Source: a virus (lineage: Duplodnaviria; Caudoviricetes). From it: a DNA stretch of 43,279 nt. Below the pieces are notes generated by a model, which searched no databases, was not told the origin of the DNA, and worked only from the letters and a program-made list of their open reading frames with translations. The stretch lies in the IMG/VR virus record IMGVR_UViG_3300021560_000010, positions 1-43,279 of that record. One strand, given 5' to 3'. Made by a program: the position numbers and the translations under genes. This document shows positions 35,431 to 43,279 of the stretch, one piece after another (position 1 is the first letter of the stretch; the number at the start of each line of letters is the position of its first letter).

Positions 35431-36489
35431 TTAACGTTGTTGTGAACGCTGGGCGGCGGCATCGTCTATCAATTGGGTAACAAACCGGTCAAGGACATTC
35501 GACTGCGGGTCAGTAGCAATGGCAGAGAGATCGCTCGCACTCAACGTTCGATTTTGCGGAACCCGAGGTGACGCTGAGGGGTTGGACCGTGCCAGCGGGG
35601 GAGGTGTTTGGGCTTGGCCATTGCCGTTTTTTGTGCGGGCTATCCGCGAGTTGCGCCCAAAGACCGCGTCGCCGACCAGTAACGCATTGTCAGCATACGA
35701 TCGCAAAACAGGCGCGACCTCCAGCCATTTCAGATACTCCTGGCGTTCAGCCGTCCCGTCTTGAAACATCTTGGGATAGTAAACTTTCGCCTGGGCATCG
35801 TACTTGGCTTTTTCCTGCACGAAATTGGCTTGGCGCGGGATGTAATCACTGATCATCTTCTCCGAGCGAGCCCACATGTAACGAACCTGCTCATCGTTGA
35901 GCAGGACTTTTGAGCCATCTTCTTTGGGGACCTCGCCGCCGTTCAAGTTCTGGATGGCCCAATCCCTCGCAATTTTTGCTAACTGATAGCGGCGATTGAG
36001 CTCACCCATATCGGTGATATTAGCCAGCGGATTGTCCTCAGTCGGAATCGCCGTCGGAATGGCCTGGGCCTTGGCTTTGCTCTTGAGATCGCTTAATTCA
36101 GCCTCCAGAGCCTGGGCGCGTTCCTCGGCGGTTTTCTTCTGGGCAGTCAACTGGTCGATCCGTTTCTGGACCGCATCCGGCTTTACCTCAACTGCTGGCT
36201 GTTGTGCCGGCGGAGCGGGTTCCTCTTCAACCAGCGGCTCGGCCGCGGGCAAAGTGATTTCCATCTCTTCCGGAACAGCCGGCACTTCCACAGTGCCCTG
36301 AGGCGCTAGTTCCTTTTTGGCCTCAGCTTTACCCGATTCCTGCGACTCCCCGAACAGACTCTCAAAGCCGGGGATGCGAGACAGCAGACTATCCAGATCG
36401 GCTTCGGGTAAATCTTGGGCGACCGCTTGGCCTGCCCCGTCCGACTGGGGTGTCTGCGAAACTGGAGCGTTTGTAGCTTCCTCTGCCAT
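35431..36489 (-). CDS. Capsid scaffolding protein
   Basis: Acidic Pro-rich N-terminus, VQKRIDQLTAQKK coil; immediately upstream of the capsid gene. Confidence 0.85.
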   Translation of the reverse strand: MAEEATNAPVSQTPQSDGAGQAVAQDLPEADLDSLLSRIPGFESLFGESQESGKAEAKKELAPQGTVEVPAVPEEMEITLPAAEPLVEEEPAPPAQQPAVEVKPDAVQKRIDQLTAQKKTAEERAQALEAELSDLKSKAKAQAIPTAIPTEDNPLANITDMGELNRRYQLAKIARDWAIQNLNGGEVPKEDGSKVLLNDEQVRYMWARSEKMISDYIPRQANFVQEKAKYDAQAKVYYPKMFQDGTAERQEYLKWLEVAPVLRSYADNALLVGDAVFGRNSRIARTKNGNGQAQTPPPLARSNPSASPRVPQNRTLSASDLSAIATDPQSNVLDRFVTQLIDDAAAQRSQQR

Positions 36490-36636
36490 GTTGATTTACT
36501 GGGTCCAACAAGAGACCACTTTTCCAGGTTGAATAACGGCAACCAGACCGCTTAAAGAGGAATTTGTGGCACAGAACCTGCCAGATGGCAAGGATGACGT
36601 GTCATATTTGCCTTGCCGCCAAATTTCACCGCGGAC

Positions 36637-36669
36637 AAAAAAACACCCCCCGGCCACTCAGCCGGGGGG
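36637..36669 (-). terminator. Rho-independent terminator
   Basis: CCCCCCGGC-TGAGTG-GCCGGGGGG followed by TG and a T-run. Confidence 0.75.
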
Positions 36670-37185
36670 CGGCAATTATTAACGAACTTGTCCGGAGCGG
36701 ACCCGGAAGTTCAGTAGCTTTCCAAAGAAAAGTTCTACCTCAATCTTCCTTTTGCGGCAACGCGATCGTTTGTAATGTGGAGACCAGTGGTCCATTGACG
36801 CATTCCGAAAACACGGACGGAACTATGCGAAGGAGAAACCAAAAATAGGCTTCATGTTTCTTCCTGGGGAAGGATTTCGCAATAGGTCATGACGCATTGG
36901 CTACTTAACTCGGGGATTTCCACGTCGACGTACGCGGCGACGCTCATCCCGTTTTCCTGTTCCTGATACTAACCCTTTTCCCCAAGGCCCTTTTAGCCGT
37001 TCATGAGCCAGAACAGCCCCAGGCTCGAAATTGTCCCCATGACCTTGCGTGAAGCCAATGACTCCATGAGGTCCTCTTCGAGGCGAAACTCAAGGCCGAA
37101 GCGATGTTGCGCAACGACGCCGTGTTCAGCGAGCTTGGCAAAGTCCGGAATGAATTCTATATAACATCTTTTCAAAGAGTTCCAC

Positions 37186-38051
37186 GTGGAACAGATTCTA
37201 AGCCACTTGGATTTGTGTTCAGGGATTGGCGGTTTTACTCTGGCCGCCGGATGGGCCGGGTTCGAGACGATAGGTTTTTCCGAGATTGATCCTTATTGTG
37301 TAAAAGTCCTAGAACGTCACTGGCCGCACATTCCTAACTATGGCGACCTTAGAAGAGCAGACTTTGCTGGCTTTCGAGGCCGGGTTGATGTCCTGTCCGC
37401 CGGCGTACCCTGCCAGCCCGCGAGCTTGGCTGGAAAGCGACGCGGCAGTCGCGATGACCGTTGGCTCTGGCCGTCAGTGCTCGATGTTACTGAACGAGTC
37501 CGGCCCGCTTGGTGCCTTTTCGAAAATCCTGTTGGCATCCTCACACTGGACGAATTCGGAGGAATATTGTTACGTCTGGAATCGCTTGGATACGCGCTTC
37601 GCGCTTTCAGCGTTCCGGCTAACGCCGTTGGGGCAAAGCACCGACGAGAACGAGTGTTCATTGTGGCGCACGCCGACAGGGACCGAGGACCAAGGGGGGG
37701 GGGGGCAAATGGCGAAGCGAGACTGGAACAAGGACATTGTTTGAGACTGCGCGACCAGGTGAAGACTCCGAAGCTCTGGCCGACGCCGACCGAACGGGAT
37801 TGGAAGAGTTGCAGTCACGGCAACCAGGACAATGCGCGTCCATTATCGGAAGTAGCGGGCCTCACCGGTTCAGGCTCACTCAACCCCCGCTTTGTCGAAG
37901 AGTTGATGGGATACCCAATCGATCACACCGCCTGAAAGCCTTAGGCAACGCTGTCGTGCCCCAGCAAGCCTATCCGTTCTTTGAAGCCATCCGGAAGGCG
38001 CATCTTTTTTTCCCTATAACGCGTAATCAGCGTGTTATAAAATTAGCTTGA
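37186..38051 (+). CDS. DNA (cytosine-5) methyltransferase alpha chain, frameshifted at G12 (37694-37705)
   Basis: Motifs I LCSGIGG, IV GVPCQ, VI FENP and VIII HRRERVF in the 37186 frame; motif X RLKALGNAVVP in the 37737 frame. Confidence 0.9.
37340..37935 (+). CDS. Overlapping alternative-frame methyltransferase beta chain (motif IX), frameshifted at the same G12
   Basis: ...SLWRTP (37340 frame) joins LWPTP...LNPRFVEELMGYP (37186 frame) after a 1-nt correction. Confidence 0.7.
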
Positions 38052-38199
38052 TTTTTCTCTTAATCAGGCGCACACCCTTTCTTGGCCTCTGGGGTGCCAT
38101 TAAACCCCCTGGTGTTTCAATTTTCTTGGTTCAGTTAAAACCATGGCAGAGGAGAAGACCTCCCAGACTACAGGACGTGCGCTTGGCGCACGCGCAGAA

Positions 38200-38358
38200 T
38201 CATGGAAGCTCAAAGCGCGCCTGATGATCTTCGGCCGCGAGCCGTTCGCGTTCCTCTAGGGCTTCTTGCCGGCTCGAGTAACTCCCGACCATGACCTCCT
38301 CATCCAGCCACAAATCCCACTGCTTGGTCTCCATATTACAAACGATCGCGTAGTTCAT
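38200..38358 (-). CDS. Small hypothetical protein (52 aa)
   Basis: MNYAIVCNMETKQWDLWLDEEVMVGSYSSRQEA...; ATGA-coupled. Confidence 0.6.
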   Translation of the reverse strand: MNYAIVCNMETKQWDLWLDEEVMVGSYSSRQEALEERERLAAEDHQARFELP

Positions 38359-38711
38359 CGGAGCATCTCCTCTGGTTTATCAGGCCCAAGCTGGCCGCTG
38401 CGCAGCCCTTCGAAATTGGCTAAGACATAATCGATCGCGGCGAGCTGGCCAAAATAAAAGCTCGTAATCTGCGGGCTCATGATCGTCCGCTCATCGCGCA
38501 ACGCTCCTTCGATATTGGTTTTTGCCTCGATCAAGAGCTGGCGGATCACCCCCCAGTGGCGGTTGTCGATCTCCGAAAGAATGGCGGGAATTGCTTCGTG
38601 CGGGACCTCTTCCTCGTCACCGCGCAGTACTACGATCGGCACCGCCCAGGCTGGAGTTTCCGGACGGAAATACCAACGAAAAGAGTAAAGAGTGTCTCCG
38701 GAGATCGGCAT
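38355..38711 (-). CDS. Post-portal hypothetical protein (Bbp19-like position)
   Basis: Helical; FYFGQLAAI motif. Confidence 0.65.
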   Translation of the reverse strand: MPISGDTLYSFRWYFRPETPAWAVPIVVLRGDEEEVPHEAIPAILSEIDNRHWGVIRQLLIEAKTNIEGALRDERTIMSPQITSFYFGQLAAIDYVLANFEGLRSGQLGPDKPEEMLR

Positions 38712-38714
38712 TTT

Positions 38715-38789
38715 TCAGGCGGTTTTATAAACCCACAGAGCGAAGATCCCCAAAGCCAGGATCCACAAGAGCATTTCTACGATACTCAT
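38715..38789 (-). CDS. 24-aa hydrophobic peptide
   Basis: MSIVEMLLWILALGIFALWVYKTA; fills the gap with an ATGA overlap. Confidence 0.45.
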   Translation of the reverse strand: MSIVEMLLWILALGIFALWVYKTA

Positions 38790-39190
38790 TTCAGCGCCAG
38801 GGCGAGCTGGTTACTCTGCTGCCCATCCGGGTTCTGGATGCTGATCGGCACCGAGCCTGCGATACTGATAATCGCCGCGGGAATCAGTACGAGAATAAAG
38901 GTCTTGTTCCATTGGCTGGGCGTCGCGGTATTGGCTCCGACTATCACCGTGGCGCCGAGCACAAAGTCGCTCCCGTAAATCGAGAGCTCGACGTCCTGAT
39001 TCGCCTTGGTCGAGCTTGGCGAGATTGAGCTTAGGCTGGGAGCCGGCGTCAGGTTCTCGGCCTTGATCTGCCAGTACAGATCATCGCCACTGGCGGCGTT
39101 TTGGCGAAAGTGCAGCGAAAAACGCCTATATATATAGTAGCGTTCTTTTAAGGGTGTATCCCCGGAGGGCAGCGTCGCGATTGCGCCCAT
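38786..39190 (-). CDS. IPT/TIG Ig-like domain protein
   Basis: PSLSSISPSS...LSIYGSDF...IQNPDGQQSN. Confidence 0.75.
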   Translation of the reverse strand: MGAIATLPSGDTPLKERYYIYRRFSLHFRQNAASGDDLYWQIKAENLTPAPSLSSISPSSTKANQDVELSIYGSDFVLGATVIVGANTATPSQWNKTFILVLIPAAIISIAGSVPISIQNPDGQQSNQLALALK

Positions 39191-39192
39191 CC

Positions 39193-39492
39193 CTACTTGT
39201 GCGCCTGGGTTTTGGCTCCGCCTGCCCCCTGCCAGAGGCTGTAGCACCAATCAGTAAAGGATGGATCCCCGGCTACGCTCCCCGGGAAAGAATAGGCGCC
39301 TGTCTGCATCCAGGTAATAAAAGCTTGGTCATTGTCCCAACGGTTTTTCACGTCCGGAGCCGGCTGGGAGGTGCCAGGGATATTGGGCGTGAAAGCCGGC
39401 TGCAACTGATAAGCCGGCTGCTCTGGCTCGCGAGTGGGATGCGGGGCGGGAGGCGCGGGAGGCGGGGCGGGGGGTTGCGGATGAGCGCTCAT
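39193..39492 (-). CDS. Pro-rich hypothetical protein
   Basis: 99-aa ORF between the two Ig-like genes. Confidence 0.65.
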   Translation of the reverse strand: MSAHPQPPAPPPAPPAPHPTREPEQPAYQLQPAFTPNIPGTSQPAPDVKNRWDNDQAFITWMQTGAYSFPGSVAGDPSFTDWCYSLWQGAGGAKTQAHK

Positions 39493-39497
39493 AATTT

Positions 39498-39995
39498 TTA
39501 AGTCACTGTCAGGTTTGTGGTTGTGGAAATGACGCCGCCGATATTGATGAGGGCAACGGTATAGGTGCCCGCGGTCGCGATGGCCCCGGCTGGCACGCTC
39601 GCAGTCAACTGCGTTGGCGTGCTCGTCGCATTAGGCAAAACGGTTGTCTTAGACGGAGTCCCGCCGATTAGCTGCACCTGGGCGGAGGAGTCAAGGTTGG
39701 TGCCGTTGACCGTGAGAGTAAAAGCGACGTTGTGCACGGTCGTCGTGGGCGTAATCGAACCGATCGAAGGCGTGTAGACACCCGTGCCGCTCTTGTAGCG
39801 GTAGGCCAGGGCGGCGAAGGCTGCAATTAGCGAATTGTCGCCATTCCACTCGTCGAAAATCAGATATTTCGTGTTATTCCACGCGGTTGTGAAGGCCGGA
39901 TCGTATTTTGAGGTATCCTCAGCGATAACCGGGTTTTCGGCACTAGTGGCCGGGTTGTGTTCCAGGTAGGTCGTGCCAAAGATCGGGGCGGGCAT
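39498..39995 (-). CDS. IPT/TIG Ig-like domain protein
   Basis: PSIGSITP...FTLTVNGTNL...TQLTASVPA...GTYTV. Confidence 0.78.
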   Translation of the reverse strand: MPAPIFGTTYLEHNPATSAENPVIAEDTSKYDPAFTTAWNNTKYLIFDEWNGDNSLIAAFAALAYRYKSGTGVYTPSIGSITPTTTVHNVAFTLTVNGTNLDSSAQVQLIGGTPSKTTVLPNATSTPTQLTASVPAGAIATAGTYTVALINIGGVISTTTNLTVT

Positions 39996-39997
39996 AA

Positions 39998-42199
39998 TTA
40001 TTGTCCTTGTTGAGGTGAGCCTTGATCGGGAGGTGCGGGCGGAGGCGTTCCGGTTGCAGTAGGCGGAGGCGCGGGCCCGCCGCCGGCTCCGAGGGCCTCG
40101 GTCGGCCCGGGAGGCACTCCAATGCGGCCGGTGACCGCGTTTTGCTGTTGCTGGATCTGGAATTGGAGATTCTGCACCCGGCGTTGCAGCCGGTCTTGCG
40201 CCAGCGGGTTTTGCCTGACGAAATTCATGAAATCCTGGTTCGCCATCGTCGATTGGATTACTTGCAGGCGCAATTGGGCGTTTTGCCCACTCTGATAGAC
40301 CGGCGGCTCGACGCCGCTTACGATTTTACTCATCGCGCCCTGTTCGTCGGTGATTTCCTGCTGGGTCACCTGCCCGGAAGGCTGAATTATAGCCCTAGCC
40401 AAGGCCGGATCCAGCGCATTAGCCGCATATTGAGTTAACCCGGCCCTATCAATCACCCCGGCCGCGTCAGTTGTGACTAACATCTGCTGGATTAAGTTAA
40501 GTTTAGCAGTTAGGAACTCCTGGTTAAGGTCTTTCGCGTCATATTCGAGAGAGAAGTTCAAATTCTGCTGAATAGACTGCCGGTCGTTGGGCGGAACGCA
40601 GTTCGGGTCCCCGGAAATCTGCATCCACTGCTCAGGGGGCAAATATTGTTGCAACAACCAGTAAATTTGTACGTAAACTTCGCGCAATTCCCCCAGCCAG
40701 CCGTCTATTAACCTTTGTTGTTTGCGCAAAACCTTGTTAGGATCGACGCCGCCGAAGTTTTTGCCCCAGTAATTGTATGCGTTACGTAAAATGTTCTGTT
40801 CAACTTCGAACGTTTCCTGGTCTAGTGGGGGCAATGGCAGCCATGCTAATTCCCCTGGTCGCATCACTTTTAGTTGGGCTCGGGGTCCTAGCCTATACTG
40901 CTGTTTACCGCGACCTAGCGGTACTTGCAGTGGCGGAAGCGTGCCGAGACTTGTCCGATCATTTCGGCTGTCGCGCTGATTCTTGAGCTCGGACTGGTGC
41001 GTCATCTCAATATCGGCAATGCCGCGGGACTCTATCACGCTACGCGAGCGTTTCTCGCGCATGCACAACACAAAAGGGTAACGGCCGTGCAGAAACGGGT
41101 TGGGAAGTTGTCTCCCGATCGTGTCAGAAGTCGGATGAAAGATCGTCACCATCAGCCGCCGGTTCCCGTCCGGGTCCTGACCTTTGTAAAAACCGTAGAA
41201 GACTTCGCATAGCTCGCGCATCTCATCGACATAAAGGCGGTCGGGCCTGCCGGTGCGGTAATCGCCTACACTAGCCTGCAATCTGAACCCCAGCCAGCTT
41301 GTGCCCGCGGCGTTTAAGACTATTTTCGTAAACTTCGGGTCCCATTGCTCGTACTCGGCGCGCTCTTCCACGCTAGGCTTGGGGACCACGTCTCTTCGCA
41401 CTATCCAGGGCGCTTGCTGCAAGTCGTAGGTACCCTGGATAAAGAAGATATCCTGAAAGGTGCGCAGCGCCCGCACGCTAGGCCGGTTCTCTTTTATGTA
41501 GGAGTTGTTGTATTGAAACTGGCCGGTTTGAAACAGGCTCTGGAGCGCGGCCTGGGGGTTTTTAACCTGCGGAAAAAGCTGACTGAAGAGCTGCATCCCA
41601 GCGGCCATGTCGCCCTGGGAGAGGCGCCCCGCGTTATCCTGAAAATAGGCCAGCATGGGACCCAGCTGCGGGATCTGCTGCGCCATCCCCACTAGATCCA
41701 TCATGGTGACCGTCTTGAGCTCGGAGTCCATGTCCATGTGCCATTCGACCGCCATCACACTGGAGCCAAAGTGCTGACGCCACTGGGCGAGGAGCTCCTT
41801 TTCGCGCTCCAGCTCGATACTCATCTGGGTGCGGCTGATAAAGTCCAGTACACTGGTCTGGCTCACCGCCATCTGCGCCGCGGTACTATTACCCGGCAAA
41901 GTCTGCATATGGCAATTCCGATCGGCCATCCGCATGATGTCGACGTCATCGATAATGAGGTCATCGATGAAAAAGGGCCGCATATCGGAAGCGCCGTCCC
42001 ACGGAAAAACCTCTTCGCCGGTGTAGCGAGAATACTTCCTGCCGTCAGTCGTCTGCCCTGCCCAGCGGCAATAACGCGCGTCGTCCAGGCCCGTGATCCA
42101 GGCCTGATATGCGCTGGTGTCGGTGACGCTTTTTAAGAACTCCTGCTTTACGGCGGCAAATTCCATGCCAACTTTGGCCTTCGCCGCTACCTTTATCAC
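39998..42199 (-). CDS. Portal protein
   Basis: About 733 aa from GTG 42199; FPWDGASD, HGRYPFV...ESRGI, Gln-rich C-terminal barrel; lies after terL. Confidence 0.85.
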   Translation of the reverse strand: MIKVAAKAKVGMEFAAVKQEFLKSVTDTSAYQAWITGLDDARYCRWAGQTTDGRKYSRYTGEEVFPWDGASDMRPFFIDDLIIDDVDIMRMADRNCHMQTLPGNSTAAQMAVSQTSVLDFISRTQMSIELEREKELLAQWRQHFGSSVMAVEWHMDMDSELKTVTMMDLVGMAQQIPQLGPMLAYFQDNAGRLSQGDMAAGMQLFSQLFPQVKNPQAALQSLFQTGQFQYNNSYIKENRPSVRALRTFQDIFFIQGTYDLQQAPWIVRRDVVPKPSVEERAEYEQWDPKFTKIVLNAAGTSWLGFRLQASVGDYRTGRPDRLYVDEMRELCEVFYGFYKGQDPDGNRRLMVTIFHPTSDTIGRQLPNPFLHGRYPFVLCMREKRSRSVIESRGIADIEMTHQSELKNQRDSRNDRTSLGTLPPLQVPLGRGKQQYRLGPRAQLKVMRPGELAWLPLPPLDQETFEVEQNILRNAYNYWGKNFGGVDPNKVLRKQQRLIDGWLGELREVYVQIYWLLQQYLPPEQWMQISGDPNCVPPNDRQSIQQNLNFSLEYDAKDLNQEFLTAKLNLIQQMLVTTDAAGVIDRAGLTQYAANALDPALARAIIQPSGQVTQQEITDEQGAMSKIVSGVEPPVYQSGQNAQLRLQVIQSTMANQDFMNFVRQNPLAQDRLQRRVQNLQFQIQQQQNAVTGRIGVPPGPTEALGAGGGPAPPPTATGTPPPAPPDQGSPQQGQ

Positions 42200-42408
42200 A
42201 TGGGGCCTTCGCCTGTAAAGAGACGCGATTGGACCCGGGCTTCGGCGATCAAGCGCTCGGCTCGGCCCCGGCCGATCCCCAGGACCCTGGCTACCTGAGT
42301 GATATTGACCGGTCCGCCGGCGCCCACGATCGAGATTAAGAGCCGGGTCCGCAACCACGCAAAGTCAATCATCTCGCGCACCACTTGGCGGTCGGACTCG
42401 CTGGCCAC
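42196..42408 (-). CDS. Small HTH protein
   Basis: NITQVARVLGIGRGRAERLI. Confidence 0.65.
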   Translation of the reverse strand: MASESDRQVVREMIDFAWLRTRLLISIVGAGGPVNITQVARVLGIGRGRAERLIAEARVQSRLFTGEGPM

Positions 42409-42428
42409 TTCCCAACCCGGGTCCCAGA

Positions 42429-42557
42429 TTACTTTTTTTTAGCGATTGCTTCCAAGAGCTTGATCAGGTTCGCATTGAGCGTGCGCATTGATTCGGCGTT
42501 AAAATCCAGCCGTTCTTCAATGGCCTTTAGTTGCGCCGCTAGTTGGTCAGTGTCCAT
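42429..42557 (-). CDS. Small coiled-coil peptide (42 aa)
   Basis: MDTDQLAAQLKAIEERLDFNAES... Confidence 0.5.
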   Translation of the reverse strand: MDTDQLAAQLKAIEERLDFNAESMRTLNANLIKLLEAIAKKK

Positions 42558-42569
42558 AGGAACTCGCTT

Positions 42570-42794
42570 TTATCCTTCGCCGACCGCTTTTATCCTGCCG
42601 GCCATCACTTGAGTGATCGCAAAGGAAGCCCCGTAAGTAAAGCCCAACAGCAGGAGCCTTTCCCGATTGATCCTCTTATCCTGAATCGCTTTTTGCATCA
42701 GAGCCTCAAATTGCGGTTGGTCCCACGCCGCCCGCAACATCCCCTCGGTCGCTTCTTTTAAACTCGCGGGGTCACTAATGATAATCAGAGGCAT
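42570..42794 (-). CDS. Hypothetical protein
   Basis: 74-aa ORF immediately after terL. Confidence 0.6.
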   Translation of the reverse strand: MPLIIISDPASLKEATEGMLRAAWDQPQFEALMQKAIQDKRINRERLLLLGFTYGASFAITQVMAGRIKAVGEG

Positions 42795-42809
42795 CGTTCT
42801 GACAAGCTC

Positions 42810-43279
42810 CTAGTAGCCGCGCGGCTCAATCAGTTGCAAGCCTTCCTCGGCGTCTTCCAAGCCCGCCACCGCCATCCAGCGCAAACAATCGACCGGATCC
42901 TTGCACGCCCCGTGCCGTTCGTCTTTGCCCGTCCACACCTTCAGGCCGAAGATTACCGCCTTGCAGCGCTCATGTATATATAATAGAGGCTCGGGCTGGC
43001 CTTCCCGCCCACTGTCCAGCATCGAGTTGATTAAGGAGACGCCCTCTTCAATCGGGTCGGCGGGCGCTGGCGAGAAAGCCATCCCGTAGTTGGCGCATTC
43101 TTCCAAGAGCGTCGTCGCACTGTCAGCCTGCGTCGAGGGACTGTTGCCAAAACGCGAATCCATCCAGCGCTCGATAATCTCGCCATCATCAACTTCTAAG
43201 CGCCTGATCTCTTCAATGTAACGAAGAAGGCCCCAGCCAAAGGATGCCTGCGCGCTCCCGGCCTTGCCGTCCGCCCGCC
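42810..43279 (-). CDS. terL: Terminase large subunit, C-terminal nuclease part
   Basis: ...WMDSRFG...EEGVSLINSML...LYIHERC...KDPVDCLRW; in frame with 1-1145 via the terminal overlap. Confidence 0.9.
   Translation of the reverse strand, partial: RADGKAGSAQASFGWGLLRYIEEIRRLEVDDGEIIERWMDSRFGNSPSTQADSATTLLEECANYGMAFSPAPADPIEEGVSLINSMLDSGREGQPEPLLYIHERCKAVIFGLKVWTGKDERHGACKDPVDCLRWMAVAGLEDAEEGLQLIEPRGY
43240..43279. repeat. Terminal direct repeat, right copy
   Basis: Identical to 1-40. Confidence 0.97.

Larger units (their letters stand above)
36760..38351. repeat. 27-bp inverted repeat pair (36760-36786 and 38325-38351)
   Basis: ACGCGATCGTTTGTAAT(G/A)TGGAGACCA, 26/27 identical. Confidence 0.9.

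Noticed and set aside
42200-42358. N-terminal extension of the portal ORF given in the track
   Set aside because: It overlaps the HTH gene 42196-42408; the GTGA-coupled start at 42199 is more plausible.

Overview
The window is a complete, circularly permuted ~43.24-kb tailed-phage genome: bases 1-40 equal 43240-43279, and the terminase large subunit reads in frame across that junction. The morphogenesis order is podovirus-like (P22/T7-type) on the minus strand: TerL, portal, Ig-like proteins, scaffold, DUF5309/SU10-type major capsid, adaptor, nozzle, collar-domain fibre, GNAT-like protein, then several ejection proteins ending in a 1795-aa polyvalent protein. An early/replication block carries RecT, a Cas4-like exonuclease, a VRR-NUC nuclease, an AAA helicase and small HTH/RHH regulators. 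A plus-strand unit encodes a TerS candidate and a collagen-like tail fibre. I found no integrase, DNA polymerase, free-standing endolysin, tRNA or CRISPR array. A Verrucomicrobia-like soil host is only a guess. Most notable observations: (1) an EcoHK31I-type two-frame C5 methyltransferase whose overlapping frames are both swapped at one G12 tract, inside a 1.6-kb segment bounded by 27-bp inverted repeats; (2) a variant SET-domain gene and a PAPS-reductase-like gene translationally coupled among the ejection-protein genes; (3) a synonymously recoded duplicate of the tail-fibre N-terminus; (4) sigma54-like sites before two late units; (5) an identical hairpin motif at two distant loci. All family assignments come from reading motifs by eye, not from database searches.
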